Positions 37,806 through 49,499 of a stretch of 64,000 nt of DNA are shown here, piece after piece. The stretch covers positions 188,108,001 through 188,172,000 of the forward strand of contig CM059427.1 in assembly GCA_030390025.1 (NCBI GenBank), in the 5' to 3' direction. Both the position numbers and the translations under genes were made by a program. Each line of letters starts with the position of its first letter. Position 1 is the stretch's first letter. The notes under the pieces are model-generated. The model was not told where the DNA came from. It did no database searches and saw only the letters and a list, made by a program, of their open reading frames with translations. Source of the stretch: Squalus acanthias. Lineage: Eukaryota.

Positions 37806-38473
37806 CTGTAAGAAATATACAAATAGATCTAGAAATATATATAGCTCCAGAAAACCAACAGAAGTAAAACTGAGGCACATTTCCTGAATATGTTTAACAC
37901 TTCAGACTGTGAAGAAAAGAAATGAGGTAAAACAGCTTTCCAAATTATTTCCTCATTCTAATTTGGAACTGTAAAATGTACAATAACCTTCTTCAGTAAA
38001 GTACGCCACCTCTTCCTGTGAGAAGTGTAATAAAAGTTACTCATCCTAATATACGATGGACCATGAATAATGCACCTCTTATCCACCAGCCACATAGGCC
38101 AGAGTTTTCCCTACCTGGGCGGGTCCGGTGTGGGCGGTGGCCATGGTGGGTCATGACCCCGTTGCTGACTCCATCCCGCTCCACAAAATGACTTCATGTT
38201 AATAGGGCCTATTAAGCCCGCACTGCGCGTTACCCGGACCAATTAAATGGTGCGGGTCTGGTGACGTCATTCATGACGTGTTTTCAGCCGGGATCTTTAA
38301 AGGGGCCGTGACCACATTACATTTGAGGTTAATCTAACATAGTGCTGTCAGTGCATTACAGCATTGGAGAGCTGCAAACACTTTGACAATGACTGCACAG
38401 AGGCAGAGGGCCACACTCAGGTTCTCCGATGCCTCTCTCCATATGCTTATGGAGGGAGTCAGAGCTCGCAGGA

Positions 38474-39450
38474 GGGTGGTGGTGGATGGGGACTGGTTGG
38501 GCCTCTGTTCAAGGAAGAAGCGGAGCGCCCTCAGGCCATCCTGGTGGGGAATGGAGGTGTAGAGGGATTGTACGTCCATAGTGAAGAGGAGACGGTTGGG
38601 GCCGGGAAACTGGAAACTGTTAAAATGGCGGAGGGCATCGGAAAAGTCGCGGATGTAGGTGGGAAGAGACTGGACAAGGGGAGAAAAAATAGAGTCGAGA
38701 TAGGAAGAGATAAGTTCTATTTACTTGTACTTCCTGCAATTTAGTATACTGTATTCGCTGCTCACGATGTGGACTCCTCTACATTGGGGAGACCAAACGC
38801 AGATTGGGTGACCGCTTTGCGGAACACCTCCGTTCAGTCCGTAAGGGGAACCCCGAGCTCCCGGTGGCCTGTCACTTTAATTCACCGCTTCACTCCCACT
38901 CTGACCTCACCGTCCTCGGCCTATTACACTGTTCCACGGAAGCTCAGCGTAAGCTCGAGGAACCGCACCTCATCTTTCGTTTAGGCACGCTACAGCCCTC
39001 TGGACTCAATATCGAGTTCAACAATTTTAGATCATAACCTCAGCTCCAATCACATTTATATTTTATTTTATCCACCCTTTTATTTGTCCCCCCCCACCTT
39101 TTTTTTTCCTCCTAGAAGCTGGCAGCTGTCCTTCATTCTGCCAGTGGATTTCACACTTCATTCAGCCTTAATCTGTCACAGTAACACCACCTCGAGCCTT
39201 GCATATCTCTTAATGTCTCTTAATGTCTCTTCATCTCCCCCTTTGTTCCTTTATCCCCTCCCCCTTTTCCCAGCTTTACCCTGGCCTTAAATCTATTTGA
39301 TTTCCGGCTCTTCCCAGTTCTGATGAAAGGTCATCGACCTGAAACGTTAACTCTCTTTCTCTCTCCACGGATGCTGCCTGGCCTGCTGAGTTTTTCCAGC
39401 GTTTTCTGTTGTTATTTTGGATTTCCAGCATCCGCAGTATTTTGCTATTG
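38474..39450 (+). mobile_element. Penelope-like element: inverted RT fragment (38474-~38715, minus), GIY-YIG end and pLTR (plus)
   Basis: MDVQSLYTSIPHQDGLRAL on minus; DRFAEHLRSV..PVACHFNS..EEPHLIFRLGTLQPSGLNIEFNNF on plus. Confidence 0.9.
39316..39352 (+). ncRNA. Minimal hammerhead ribozyme motif
   Basis: agtt-CTGATGA-a-aggtc(atc)gacct-GAAA-cgtt-aact. Confidence 0.8.
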
Positions 39451-40417
39451 TATCAAGTCATTCTTTGGTGACTTTGTTCTATTCTTTATTGATATTTCAT
39501 CTGTCAGCTTTTAGACTTGTGTCCTGTTTAGGTGTTTCCAAAACCATCATAAACACAATGACAGCAATGGTTTCTGTTTGATGCAATTCTTAGGAAGTCT
39601 TTCTATTGAATTTCTAATACTACTTTAACTGTTTTTTTTCAGAAGTTGTGACTCCGTGGTATTCCAAGTTCAATACAAGAACAATGTGATTGCTTGGTGT
39701 ATCCATTGAAGTAATATTTTCAAAGTCGTCTGTTTGTGTACCTTTTACAACTTGTAAATTAAAAACACTTCTCTAGTATCTTTATGCATTTCTAATTTAC
39801 TTCAATTGATTTTTATCAGACCTTGGGACTCCATCTTTCAAGCTTAACATTAAAACTATTTGTTCAGCAGGCATTTCTTTTACTTGATGTCATTTCTTCA
39901 AAGCCTTCTGTTGCTTTCATATTTACAATATGTAAATTGAAAACGCTTCTCTCAGTGTTTACTTGTTTTCTAGCTATCTCTATTGGTTGCATATTTAATC
40001 GTGTTTCCTGTCTTTAAGTTTAACATAAAACTATTTTACGACAGGTATTTCTTACTTGATGTCATTCTTTCAAAGGCACTTGTTTTTTTTAATGTTCTGT
40101 GCATCTGTTCAACGTGTTAGCTTATAACACTTTACTTGGGTCATTCCATTGTTTTGATTCCAATGTCCAGATGCTCTGGAAGCAAACCTTTGCTTTATCA
40201 ATAGGGCTTGTTTCTTGGTCAATAACCCATTCCCATTTCAAAGCCTGTGTTCACAGCTTTGTGTTAACAACTAATCTTATCTCATAAGCCTGTATTCTGC
40301 CTTCAGCCTGTGTCGCCGAGGCTTTCAAACTTTTAAACCCAGTATGTCATTTATTAATAATTTCAGAAATCTGTTTTTAGTATCGTGTATTTCTCTGAAT
40401 CCTGGCTATTCCTTCAC

Positions 40418-41270
40418 ACCCCAATAGCCCTTGATTATCCATAATTGGGATGCTTTTAATATCTTCTACCGTGAAGACTGATACAAAATATTTGTTCAAT
40501 GCCTCCGCCATTTCCCTGTTTCCCATTATTAATTCCCCAGACTCATCCTCTAGGGGACCAACGTTTACTTTAGCTACTCTCTTCATTTTTATATATCTGT
40601 AGAAGCTCTTACTGTCTGTTTTTATATTTCTCGCTAGCTTACTCTCATAAGCTATCTTCTCTGCTTTATCATCTTTTTAGTCGTCCTTTGCTGGTTTTTA
40701 AAAAATGTCCAATCCTCTGGCCTTTCACTATTCTTCGCAACATTGTATGCTTTTGTTTTCAATTTGATACCTTCCTTTACTTCCTTAGTTAGCCAGGGAT
40801 GGTTCATCCTTCTCTTAGAGCCTTTCTTTCTCACTGGAATATATCTTTGCTGAGAGTTATGAAATATCTCCTTAAATGTTTGCCACTGCTTTTCTACAGT
40901 CTTACCCTGCAATATATTTTCACAGTCCACTTTAACCAAGTCTGCCTTCATAACTTTGTAATTACCTTTGTTTAAGTTCAGGACACTAGTTTGAGACCTA
41001 GCTTTCTTACCCTCAAACTGAATTTGAAATTCTACCACGCTATGATCACTCTTCCCAAGAGGATCCTTCACTTCGAGACCATTAATTAATCCAGCCTCGT
41101 TACACATCACCAGATCTAAAATAGTCTGCTCCCTGGTTGGTTCCACAACATATTGCTTCAAGAAAACATCCCGTATACACTCTAAAAACTCTTCCTCAAG
41201 TTTACCTTTGCCAATTTGCTTTGTCCAATCAATATGAAGATTAAAATCTCTCATGAATATTGTAGCACTT
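40418..41270 (-). mobile_element. CR1 endonuclease/linker fragment
   Basis: ORF 40652-41254: DFNLHIDW..ILDLVMCN..SDHSVVEF..PWLTKEVK. Confidence 0.92.
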
Positions 41271-41281
41271 TCTCTTACTAC

Positions 41282-42422
41282 TGTTCGGACCTCGAGAATT
41301 ATGAATTAGCTTAACAATGACAGACAAGGATGTGATCAATAAAATTGGTCTTTTAATCAGACTATAGTTCAAAATTCAAGTGTACATAGAAGCACCTTTG
41401 TCAATAAATTCAAAGAACTCCCGGCAATAAATATTCCTGCAACTTATCAATTCAAAGTATATAAAAGTGCCCCTTTAATGATTCAAATGTACATAAAAGT
41501 ATCCCCTTTAACAATATCTAAGCCTATGTCCGACTTCATACATACTCCTTCATTTCTGGGTGATCGGTCAAGGGAAACTAAGTCGAAACATAAACTGGCC
41601 AGTTTTCTCATTTCAATCTTCCTCCTGCTTTGTCTTCTCTGTCCTTCTTCTTATCTCTGAAAACTCCCACCACTGGGTTATAAGGCTTTGTTGATCGTAA
41701 ATTACTCTCTGCCTCCCTTGGATAGCTCTGTTCCACTCCAAACCTTCCCTGATTGGAGTTCCATCTACATGACACCTTCCTGTTCCTGTGGGATGTATGT
41801 TCTCCGCTTCTTGTCCAGGTGGCCTCTCAAACAAAGAACACAAACTGACCACCATTGTGTGTCGTCACAAACAAAGAACATAAACTGACCACCATTCTGT
41901 GTCGTCACAAACAAAGAACATAAACTGACCACCATTCTGTGTCTTCACAAACAAAGAACATAAACTGACCACCATTCTGTGTCGTCACAAACAAAGAACA
42001 TAAACTGACCACCATTCTGTGTCTTCACAAACAAAGAACATAAACTGACCACCATTCTGTGTCTTCACAAACAAAGAACATAAACTGACCACCATTCTGT
42101 GTCGTCACAAACAAAGAACATAAACTGACCACCATTCTGTGTCTTCACAAACAAAGAACACCTGCTGATTTCTTACATTTTAAATCCGTGCATTATCATC
42201 TTACAATTCGTTCACAATTTCGATCTCCACACGGTAGCAGCGGTTTTATTACACTTTTCAGAATCTTACAGTCCTCCCTCAAATGTCTCTCATGTTTATT
42301 CATGTGCAGACATTTCACCAGAGTTGGAGCAGTATGTATTCCAATCGGATATAGTCCCCTTTTATCCCCTGTAATACGATATCTATACCCCATTTCACAT
42401 TATTAAAGCTAATTCTGTAACA
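41282..42422 (-). mobile_element. Putative 3' LTR of an env-bearing LTR element
   Basis: On minus it runs TGTTACAG...GTCCGAACA, preceded by a purine tract (gaggggac) and the end of a TM-protein frame. Confidence 0.65.
41828..42160. repeat. 40-bp tandem repeat (~8 copies) inside the LTR
   Basis: Unit acaaacaaagaacataaactgaccaccattctgtgtc(g/t)tc. Confidence 0.97.
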
Positions 42423-43079
42423 GTCCCCTCGTATGCCTAAATGGGCTTCCCTTGTTCTTTCTTTGGTTACGTCTTGCCCGCATTCCCCACTCCCACATCA
42501 GCACGATCACACACATTAGCTGTAACTATAACAGAGCTTGTGAGCACAGTCGTACCCATGGAGCTAAATCTATACGATTAAATCCCAAATCCCACCAAGA
42601 AGTCGCCTCGTTCATTAACGAGGTTATTATTCTGGTATGAGCATCATTCCTCCCTTTTAATACTGAGAATGTCCTTCCCACTTCTCCAATCCGTTTCACA
42701 AACTCAGTGAGATTTTCATTCATCCAAGGTAACCCATATCCAAAAATGGACACGTATTTCCCCAAATCCTCTATCTTGGTTGATACCTTAACATGCATTG
42801 GATTCTGATCCATTAAAGGCAGAATAGTCCTGTTCCCCATTTTTACCATCCTTTTAGATTTAATATACTGTTAGATACCAGACGTATTGACAATAACCTC
42901 CCTTGCATCTAATACAACATCATGTAACATTGACAACTCACTGGGAACCAACACCAATCCGTTAATCGGAGCAGGGAATGGGGTGGGAAACTCTTCACTC
43001 CCTTCATCGGGTGGCACTGGTGTCTCTTTCGCCTTTAATTGAATGGCTTCTGATCAGGACCATTGAATATTATCATAAT

Positions 43080-43837
43080 GGGCCGGATATTCCGATCCCT
43101 ACGGGTGTGTACGCGCTGTGGACCCACCCGTGGGGCTAACGGAAATTCCGGTTTTAGGCATGCACTGTGCATGCGCTGGAAACCGGCATTTCCGATCTGT
43201 CAAGAAAGCTCTTGACAGATCCGCCGCCTGCCCGGGAGAAGGGCCTCTGCGGGCGGATAGTTCCGCTTTTTGGAGACCCTCCACCCGCAGAAAAAACTTA
43301 CAATTCTTGAGCCTGGTAAAAGCAGGCGTAAGGCTGGCTATTACCAGGATAAGGGTTGAAAAAAGTTTTAAAAAAAAATTTCCACTGATTTATCATTTAA
43401 AAATACTTTTAAAAAAAGGTAAGTTTATTTTTAGCCCCGTTAAAAACTTTAATTACTTTTTTCAAGAATTAAAATTTTAGTTTAAAATAGTTAATTTATG
43501 TAATTTCAAGTCATTTTAAAAATGTGATATTTAAAAAATATTAATTTGAAGTTTTATGATTTTTTGGGGGTGATTTCCATTCATATAATTGACAGGTCTT
43601 CCTGTCAAATGTATGAAGGGAGATTCCCTTCCCTGATTGGCTCCCCATGGCCCACATAATCCTAGGGACGCTGCGAACTACCTGCGCCTCTGGGATCCGT
43701 GGGCCCAGCGCACCGGCAGTTTGGAGAGGCCCAGCAGTGGAACTGTGCACCTCCCGGGAGCCGTCAGGTAAGGGTGCAGATTTTTCCAGATCGCAGCCCT
43801 CCGCCCGCGGGAGGTCTGCGATCGGAATATCTGGGCC
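43080..43837. mobile_element. MITE family 1
   Basis: Termini gggccggatattccgatc / gatcggaatatctgggcc; close relative of 36806-37563. Confidence 0.88.
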
Positions 43838-44113
43838 ATTGATTTTATAATTTGAGGATCATCGTGGGAGAAATTTCTGACTACACACATATATACTCCT
43901 ATGTGATTACTTGACCAGAAATTTGTCCAACAGTAACTTGCCCCATCAATTAACGGGGTAGCTACAATCTCAGGTTATTTGTGGTCTCACCCGATGTAAA
44001 CCGGAGTCCTAGGATCGTACCGTTCGGAGTTGTCTCATTTGAGCATTTTAAACAAATCCTTTGCCCCTCATGCACCCTCTGCTCCGTTACCCTCACTGTC
44101 CAATTATAACATG

Positions 44114-45802
44114 AGAAGTCGCACAACACCAGGTTATAGTCCAACAGTTTTATTTAAAATTACGAGCTTTCGGAGCTCCGCTCCTTCTTCAGGTACAGTG
44201 AGGGAACACAAATCGATTACACCGTATATAAACACAGAGAACAATGTGTCTGCAGAGATACAATCTGTTAGGGAGGCATTACATCAAAGACACATCAGAG
44301 TACAGCTAAGACAATGAGGTGGGTCACAGGGGGTCCAACGTGTCAAATGCGGCCGTCTGCAGTTAAGCTTTCAACTTTTTTTTTAAAACTGGAAAAACAG
44401 ACAACGATGTCGAGTCACGTTCTGTAGCATGACATAAACCCGAGATCCCTGTTGAGTCCATCCTCATGGGTGCGGAAACCACTTATCAGTTTCTGCTCGA
44501 TGATTTTGCGTTGTCGTGTGTCTCGAAGGCCGACTTGGAGAACGCTAACCCGCAGATCCGAGGCTGAATGTCCTTGACTGCTGAAGTGTTCCCCGACTGG
44601 GAGGTAACAATCCTGCCTGGCGATTGTTGTGCGGTGTCCGTTCATACGTTGTCTCAGTGTCTGCATGGTCTCGCCGATGTACCATGCCGCGGTGCATTCT
44701 TTCCTGCAACGTATGAGGTAGACAACGTTGGCCGAGTCACATGAGTAAATACCATGTACCTGGTGGGTAGTGTCCTCAAATGTGATGATGGTATCTGTGT
44801 TCATAATCTGGCATGTCTTGCAGAGGTTGCCGTGGCAGGGTTGTGTGCTGTCATGGTCGCTGTTCTCCTGACAGCTGGGTAATTTGCTGCGAACGATGAT
44901 ACTTTTGAGGTTAGGCGGCTGCTTGAAGGCGAGTAGTGGAGGCGTGGGGATGGCCTTAGCAAGGTGTTCGTCGTCATCGATGACATGTTGAAGGCTGCGA
45001 AGAACATGGCGTAGTTTCTCCGCTCCGGGGAAGTACTGGACGACGTAGGGTACTCTGTTGGTTGTGTCCCGTGTTCGCCTTCTGAGGAGCTCTATGCGAT
45101 TTTTCGCTGTGGCCCGTCGGAACTGTTGATCGACGAGTCGAGCATCATATCCCGTTCTTACGAGGGCATCTTTCAGCATCCGTAAGTGTCCATCGCGTTC
45201 CTCCTCGTCTGAGCAGATCCTGTGTATTCGCAGGGCTTGTCCATAGGGGATGGCTTCTTTAACGTGGTTAGGGTGGAAGCTGGAGAAGTGGAGCATCGTG
45301 AGGTTGTCCATGGGCTTGCGGTAGAGTGAAGTGCTGAGGTGTCCGTCTTTGATGGAGATTTGTGTGTCCAGGAATGAAACCAATTCTGAGGAGCAGTCCA
45401 TGGTGAGTTTGATGGTGGGATGGAACCTGTTGATGTTATCGTGTAGTCCTTTCAGTGATCCTTAGCCATGGGTCCAAAGGAAGAAGATGTCGTCGATGTA
45501 TCTGGTGTATTGCGTTGGTTGGAGGTCCTGTGCAGCGAAGAAGTCTTGCTCGAACTTGTGCATGAAGATGTTGGCGTATTGGGGTGCGAATTTGGTCCCC
45601 ATGGCTGTTCCGTGTGTTTGGGTAAAAAACTGGTTGTCGAAGGTGAAGACATTGTGGTCAAGGATGAAGCGGATGAGTTGTAGGATGGCGTCTGGAGATT
45701 GGCTGTTGTTGGTGTTGAGTACTGAGGCTGTCGCAGCGATGCCGTCATCGTGGGGGATACTGATGTAGAGTGCCGATACGTCCATCGTGGCGAGGAGTGT
45801 AT
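44114..45802 (-). mobile_element. 5'-truncated Penelope-like element (RT plus GIY-YIG plus pLTR)
   Basis: MDVSALY..GTAMGTKFAPQYANIFM..RYIDDIF; FLDT..LYRKP; NVVYLIRC..YIGET..EHF. 11-bp TSD attataacatg (44103-44113, 45803-45813). Confidence 0.95.
44161..44195 (-). ncRNA. Minimal hammerhead ribozyme motif
   Basis: Minus strand tac-CTGAAGA-a-ggagc(gga)gctcc-GAAA-gctc-gta. Confidence 0.75.
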
Positions 45803-46191
45803 ATTATAACATGTTATAGTTTGATTTTTAATTGGTACATTCATCTCATTTACAGCAGAAACCCGGTATCCAGTGAGGTTATGGTTCCATTGGTGCTGTT
45901 TCTGAGCTGCCGTGATTCCCGATATAGTTCAATCACATCCACTACGAGCATCAAAGCGCTCAATGCGTATATAGGAGTTGCCCCATCATGGAGCTGGTAA
46001 TCTTGCACCATCAACACTCATCCGGCCCCCTGCTTAAAAGAAAAAACAGACAATCCATTGCGGCTTTCCTAAGAGCCAATTGGGTTCATTCGTCAATTTC
46101 CGACCCCCCCTCTCTCAATTTGGGGAAACATCCACTCAAATTTAAAACTTAAACATTTAACAAAGCCCAAAATGTTTACAAAACCCCACAT

Positions 46192-46324
46192 CTGCTTGTG
46201 GAGTTCAAAACAGAGTTCACAGCTGCTTGTGGAGTTCAAAACAGAGTTCACAGCTGCTTGTGGAGTTCAAAACAGAGTTCACAGCTGCTTGTGGAGTTCA
46301 AAACAGAGTTCACAGCTGCTTGTG
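46192..46324. repeat. 31-bp tandem repeat, ~4.3 copies
   Basis: Unit ctgcttgtggagttcaaaacagagttcacag. Confidence 0.95.
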
Positions 46325-46613
46325 AAAAGAGTTAACTTCTTTCTTTTGCATTTCAAAAGAAGACAAACACAGACATCAATCACTGTCAGGTTTGGTCACA
46401 CAACTTCGCAGCTTTCAAGTAAATCTTTACTTTTGCAAAGTCTTGCCCCTTTAAAATCTTTGTTAAGATCCTGATCAATTCACTTCAGCAGGTTAAAAAA
46501 AACATGAGATATCCTAAACATTCTGTGAAGAAACTCCACACAATAGCATTTCCTCCTTTTTTTCCTGGTCACCCATACTTGCAATTAGTCAAACATTTCC
46601 AAACATTGTTGAT

Positions 46614-47385
46614 GGGCCAGAAATTCAGCTTTCCGGCTTCCTGCGGGTGCAAGCATCGCGCGCGTACTTGCCTACCGCGCCTGCAGTTGTGCTTTGGGCC
46701 CTGCCTACCGCGCCTGCAGTTGTCCTGAGCCTCCTCCAGCTGCCGGTGTGCAGTGCTTGTGTATCCCAGGGGCGCAGTTAGTTCGAAGCGTCCCCTGGGA
46801 TCACGTGGGCCATGGAGAGCCAATCCTAGCAGGGCATTTTCATTCATAGATTTGACAGGAAGACCTGTCAAATCTATGAATAGAGATCGGCCCCAAAACT
46901 ACACTTAAACTTCAAATAATTTTTTTTAAAAACATCACATTTTTAAAATAACTCTAAGTTAAATAAATTAACTACTTTAAACAAAAATTTAAATTTTTGA
47001 AAAAATTAATTATACTTTGTAACGGTGCTAAAAATAAATTTACCTTTCTTTAAGGTATCTAAAAAAGATAAACCTGTTAAAAAAAAATTTAAATTGTAAT
47101 TAATTAACCACTTACCTTGTTAAAAACAGGCCTTGCGCCTCCTTTTTAAAAGTGCAGCTTCTTCATACTTACCTTCCCGGAGAAACCTGAAAAAAAAATT
47201 GAAGTTCGCTGCCTGCGCGCAGCCTCTCCCGCGCACGCGTTCGACTTCTGAACCCCTCCCTTCAGGGGAACGGAAGTTCCGGTTTCCCGCGCATGCGCAG
47301 TGCATGCAGGAAACCGGCACTTCAGATGGCCTTACGGGTGAGTACACAGCGCGTACTCACCCGACAAAAGCCGAATTTCTGGCCC
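46614..47385. mobile_element. MITE family 1
   Basis: Termini gggccagaaattcagc / gccgaatttctggccc. Confidence 0.85.
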
Positions 47386-47840
47386 ATGTGTTTTTGCCAC
47401 ATATCCGGAACTAGCAGCTTCCACACAAATTTACACCAACCTGAATTTCACCGTGGCCACAATAAAAGTCTGGTTTTAATACGTTAATTAACCTCACAAC
47501 TCCAATTCAATTCAAACCAATATTTTAAAACTACCCAGTATCACTTGCAAAACAAAGGAAGAAGCCACACTAACAATGAAACATTCACACATGCTTTGTA
47601 AATGTTTAAATTCATTTTATTCCAGGCACATTAACTTCAAAGATGAAGCTTATCTTTTGTAAAACAATGAACAAACTTAAATAATAGATCACAAGACTGA
47701 CCCCTTTGCTACCCAGACCGAAATGATTTTGAACATGATAGTTCCCATTTTGAGCTACCCTCTGTTTCCTATTTTGAGCCAATTTTCGATCTCAGCTCAA
47801 CCGGGCACAACACCAATGATGTCTGAACCCTGAGCTGAAA

Positions 47841-47996
47841 TGGAAGAGGAAGCTCGCCTTCCCTGTGGTTTCACAAGAGACAGCGTCAATTACTTTGTGC
47901 AGAGCAACGACTGAGAACCTCAGTGTGTTGTGTGTCGCTGTGCTGGGAGCTTTGCTGCTCAGTCTCTGGACTTCTTCACTAGTCTCTTCCCACAAG
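47841..47996 (+). promoter_or_regulatory. Putative ETS/RUNX promoter and non-coding exon 1, copy C
   Basis: ggaagaggaag..ccctgtggttt; donor CAAG/GTAGGC at 47996/47997; no ATG in the exon. Confidence 0.55.
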
Positions 47997-48756
47997 GTAG
48001 GCAATCTTACTGCAAACATTCTTTTTAAAGCATTGATTTAAATGTGGTTTGAATAACTGATTGCATTTCTCAAAGATGTTGCACCCTTTAGACTAAACAA
48101 GGGCATCAAGTGCTTATTTATATGGTTTCATCTCCTTTTTCATAAAATGACACTAAGGGGGTTTCTTACAACTCAATGACTGCCATCTGCTATTTTACAC
48201 ATTTTAATGTTTCCTGCTTGTTACCTGGTCGATATAAAATTTTGTTTTTAACTGGATTTGTATTTTCTGGTTTCCCAAGTGATGCTCTGGTTCTGTTTTA
48301 GGTTTTCATTGTTCTTCAAAGTTCTGCTGGCGATTCAGTTCTTTGACTATTCAGTGATGCCCAATTTAGTTGAAAACATCTCGCAGAGAAATAGGAAGTA
48401 AAAGAGTGAAAAACTAAAATGTGAGAGAAGAGATGAACCATTACGGGCAAACTTGATTGGCAGCCCTTAGTGTGGGCTTGACGACTGCCCCTACTTTTAG
48501 TTCAGCTCCTCCAGTGAATATGATACAGGGAAAGGCAGAAGCTCTAATTGACCTAAGGATCTGCCTGAAACCCGTTACCTTCTAATTGAGCTCGGAAAGC
48601 ACAGCAATTACACCTTGCAGTCTGAAATCGTCACATTGAGTTATCACAGTTTCTCTTTATCAGCACAGTAATACAGTGTGTGTGAGATGGTACAATGCTC
48701 CTGCCCTTATAAACCAGCCTCTGTCCTACTGTGAGCAGCACCATAGCAGATACACT

Positions 48757-49499
48757 GGCCCAGAAATTGATCTCGCTCTGTTCCCGCGGGGGTAAGCCTT
48801 CCCCGCGATGTCTCACCTCGCTTATGCTTTTTCAGATCCAGCTCGCACGAACTTGATGTTCCAGACATCAGCTGTGCTGGGCTTGCGTATCCCAGCGGCG
48901 TAGTGAATTCGTGCGAGCTGTGGGATCACGTGACTCAGTTAGAGCCAATGGCAGCACACCATCTTCCATTCATAAGTCTCACAGCATGGCTGTGAAATCA
49001 ATGAATCTTACACCCCCCCAAAATAACAGCTAAACCTCAATTAAATTTAAAAAAAACCATCACATTAATAAAATAAGTATAGTTAATTAAATTAACCATT
49101 TTAAATAAAAAATTAAATTTTTTGAAAAAATTTAAAATCTTTTAAAAAGTTATAAAAATAAACTTACCTGTCTTTAAAGTCTATAAAAAAGATATACCTG
49201 TAAAAAAAAATTCAAAAAAATACTTAATTCACTACTTACCTTCTTAAAAGCGGGTCTTACTCCTCCTTTTTACATTTCCAAAATCTTCCCTACTTACCTG
49301 CGCGTCCAAAGCATGAAGTGCACAGCGTGCGCGCAGCCTGTAGCGCGCACGCGATGCACCCAGGCCACGCCCCCTTTTCAGAAGAGCAATTGCCGGTTTT
49401 CAGCGCATGCGCAGGGCATGCAGAAAACCGGCAATTGGAGTGGGAATACGCGAGAGTACGCAGTGCGTACTCTCGCGTCCCGGGATCAATTTTCGGCCC
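48757..49499. mobile_element. MITE family 1 with a demonstrable empty site
   Basis: Termini ggcccagaaattgatc / gatcaattttcggccc; TSD ACT; empty site atacACTacc at 26881-26890. Confidence 0.92.

Larger units (their letters stand above)
29641..38477. repeat. Large inverted duplication: arms 29641-33483 and 34626-38477, spacer ~1.14 kb
   Basis: Mirror ORF pairs (32136-32495 vs 35531-35974; 32813-33142 vs 34967-35296; 33111-33425 vs 34684-34998) and collinear unique sequence with scattered substitutions. Confidence 0.97.
42423..46030 (-). pseudogene. Decayed env-like membrane glycoprotein, split by a MITE and a Penelope element
   Basis: The frame rejoins across the PLE TSD (..KNQTITCYN|WTVRV..). 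Many N-glycosylation sequons. C-terminus TSWWDLGF..WVRLCSQALL*LQLMCVIVLMW followed by a basic tail that abuts the LTR. Confidence 0.55.

Noticed and set aside
29641-38477. Palindrome as a single giant TIR transposon or an invertible switch
   Set aside because: The arms are host intron/exon sequence plus nested TE fragments; no TSD or recombinase is seen, and flipping the spacer would not reorient any exon uniquely.
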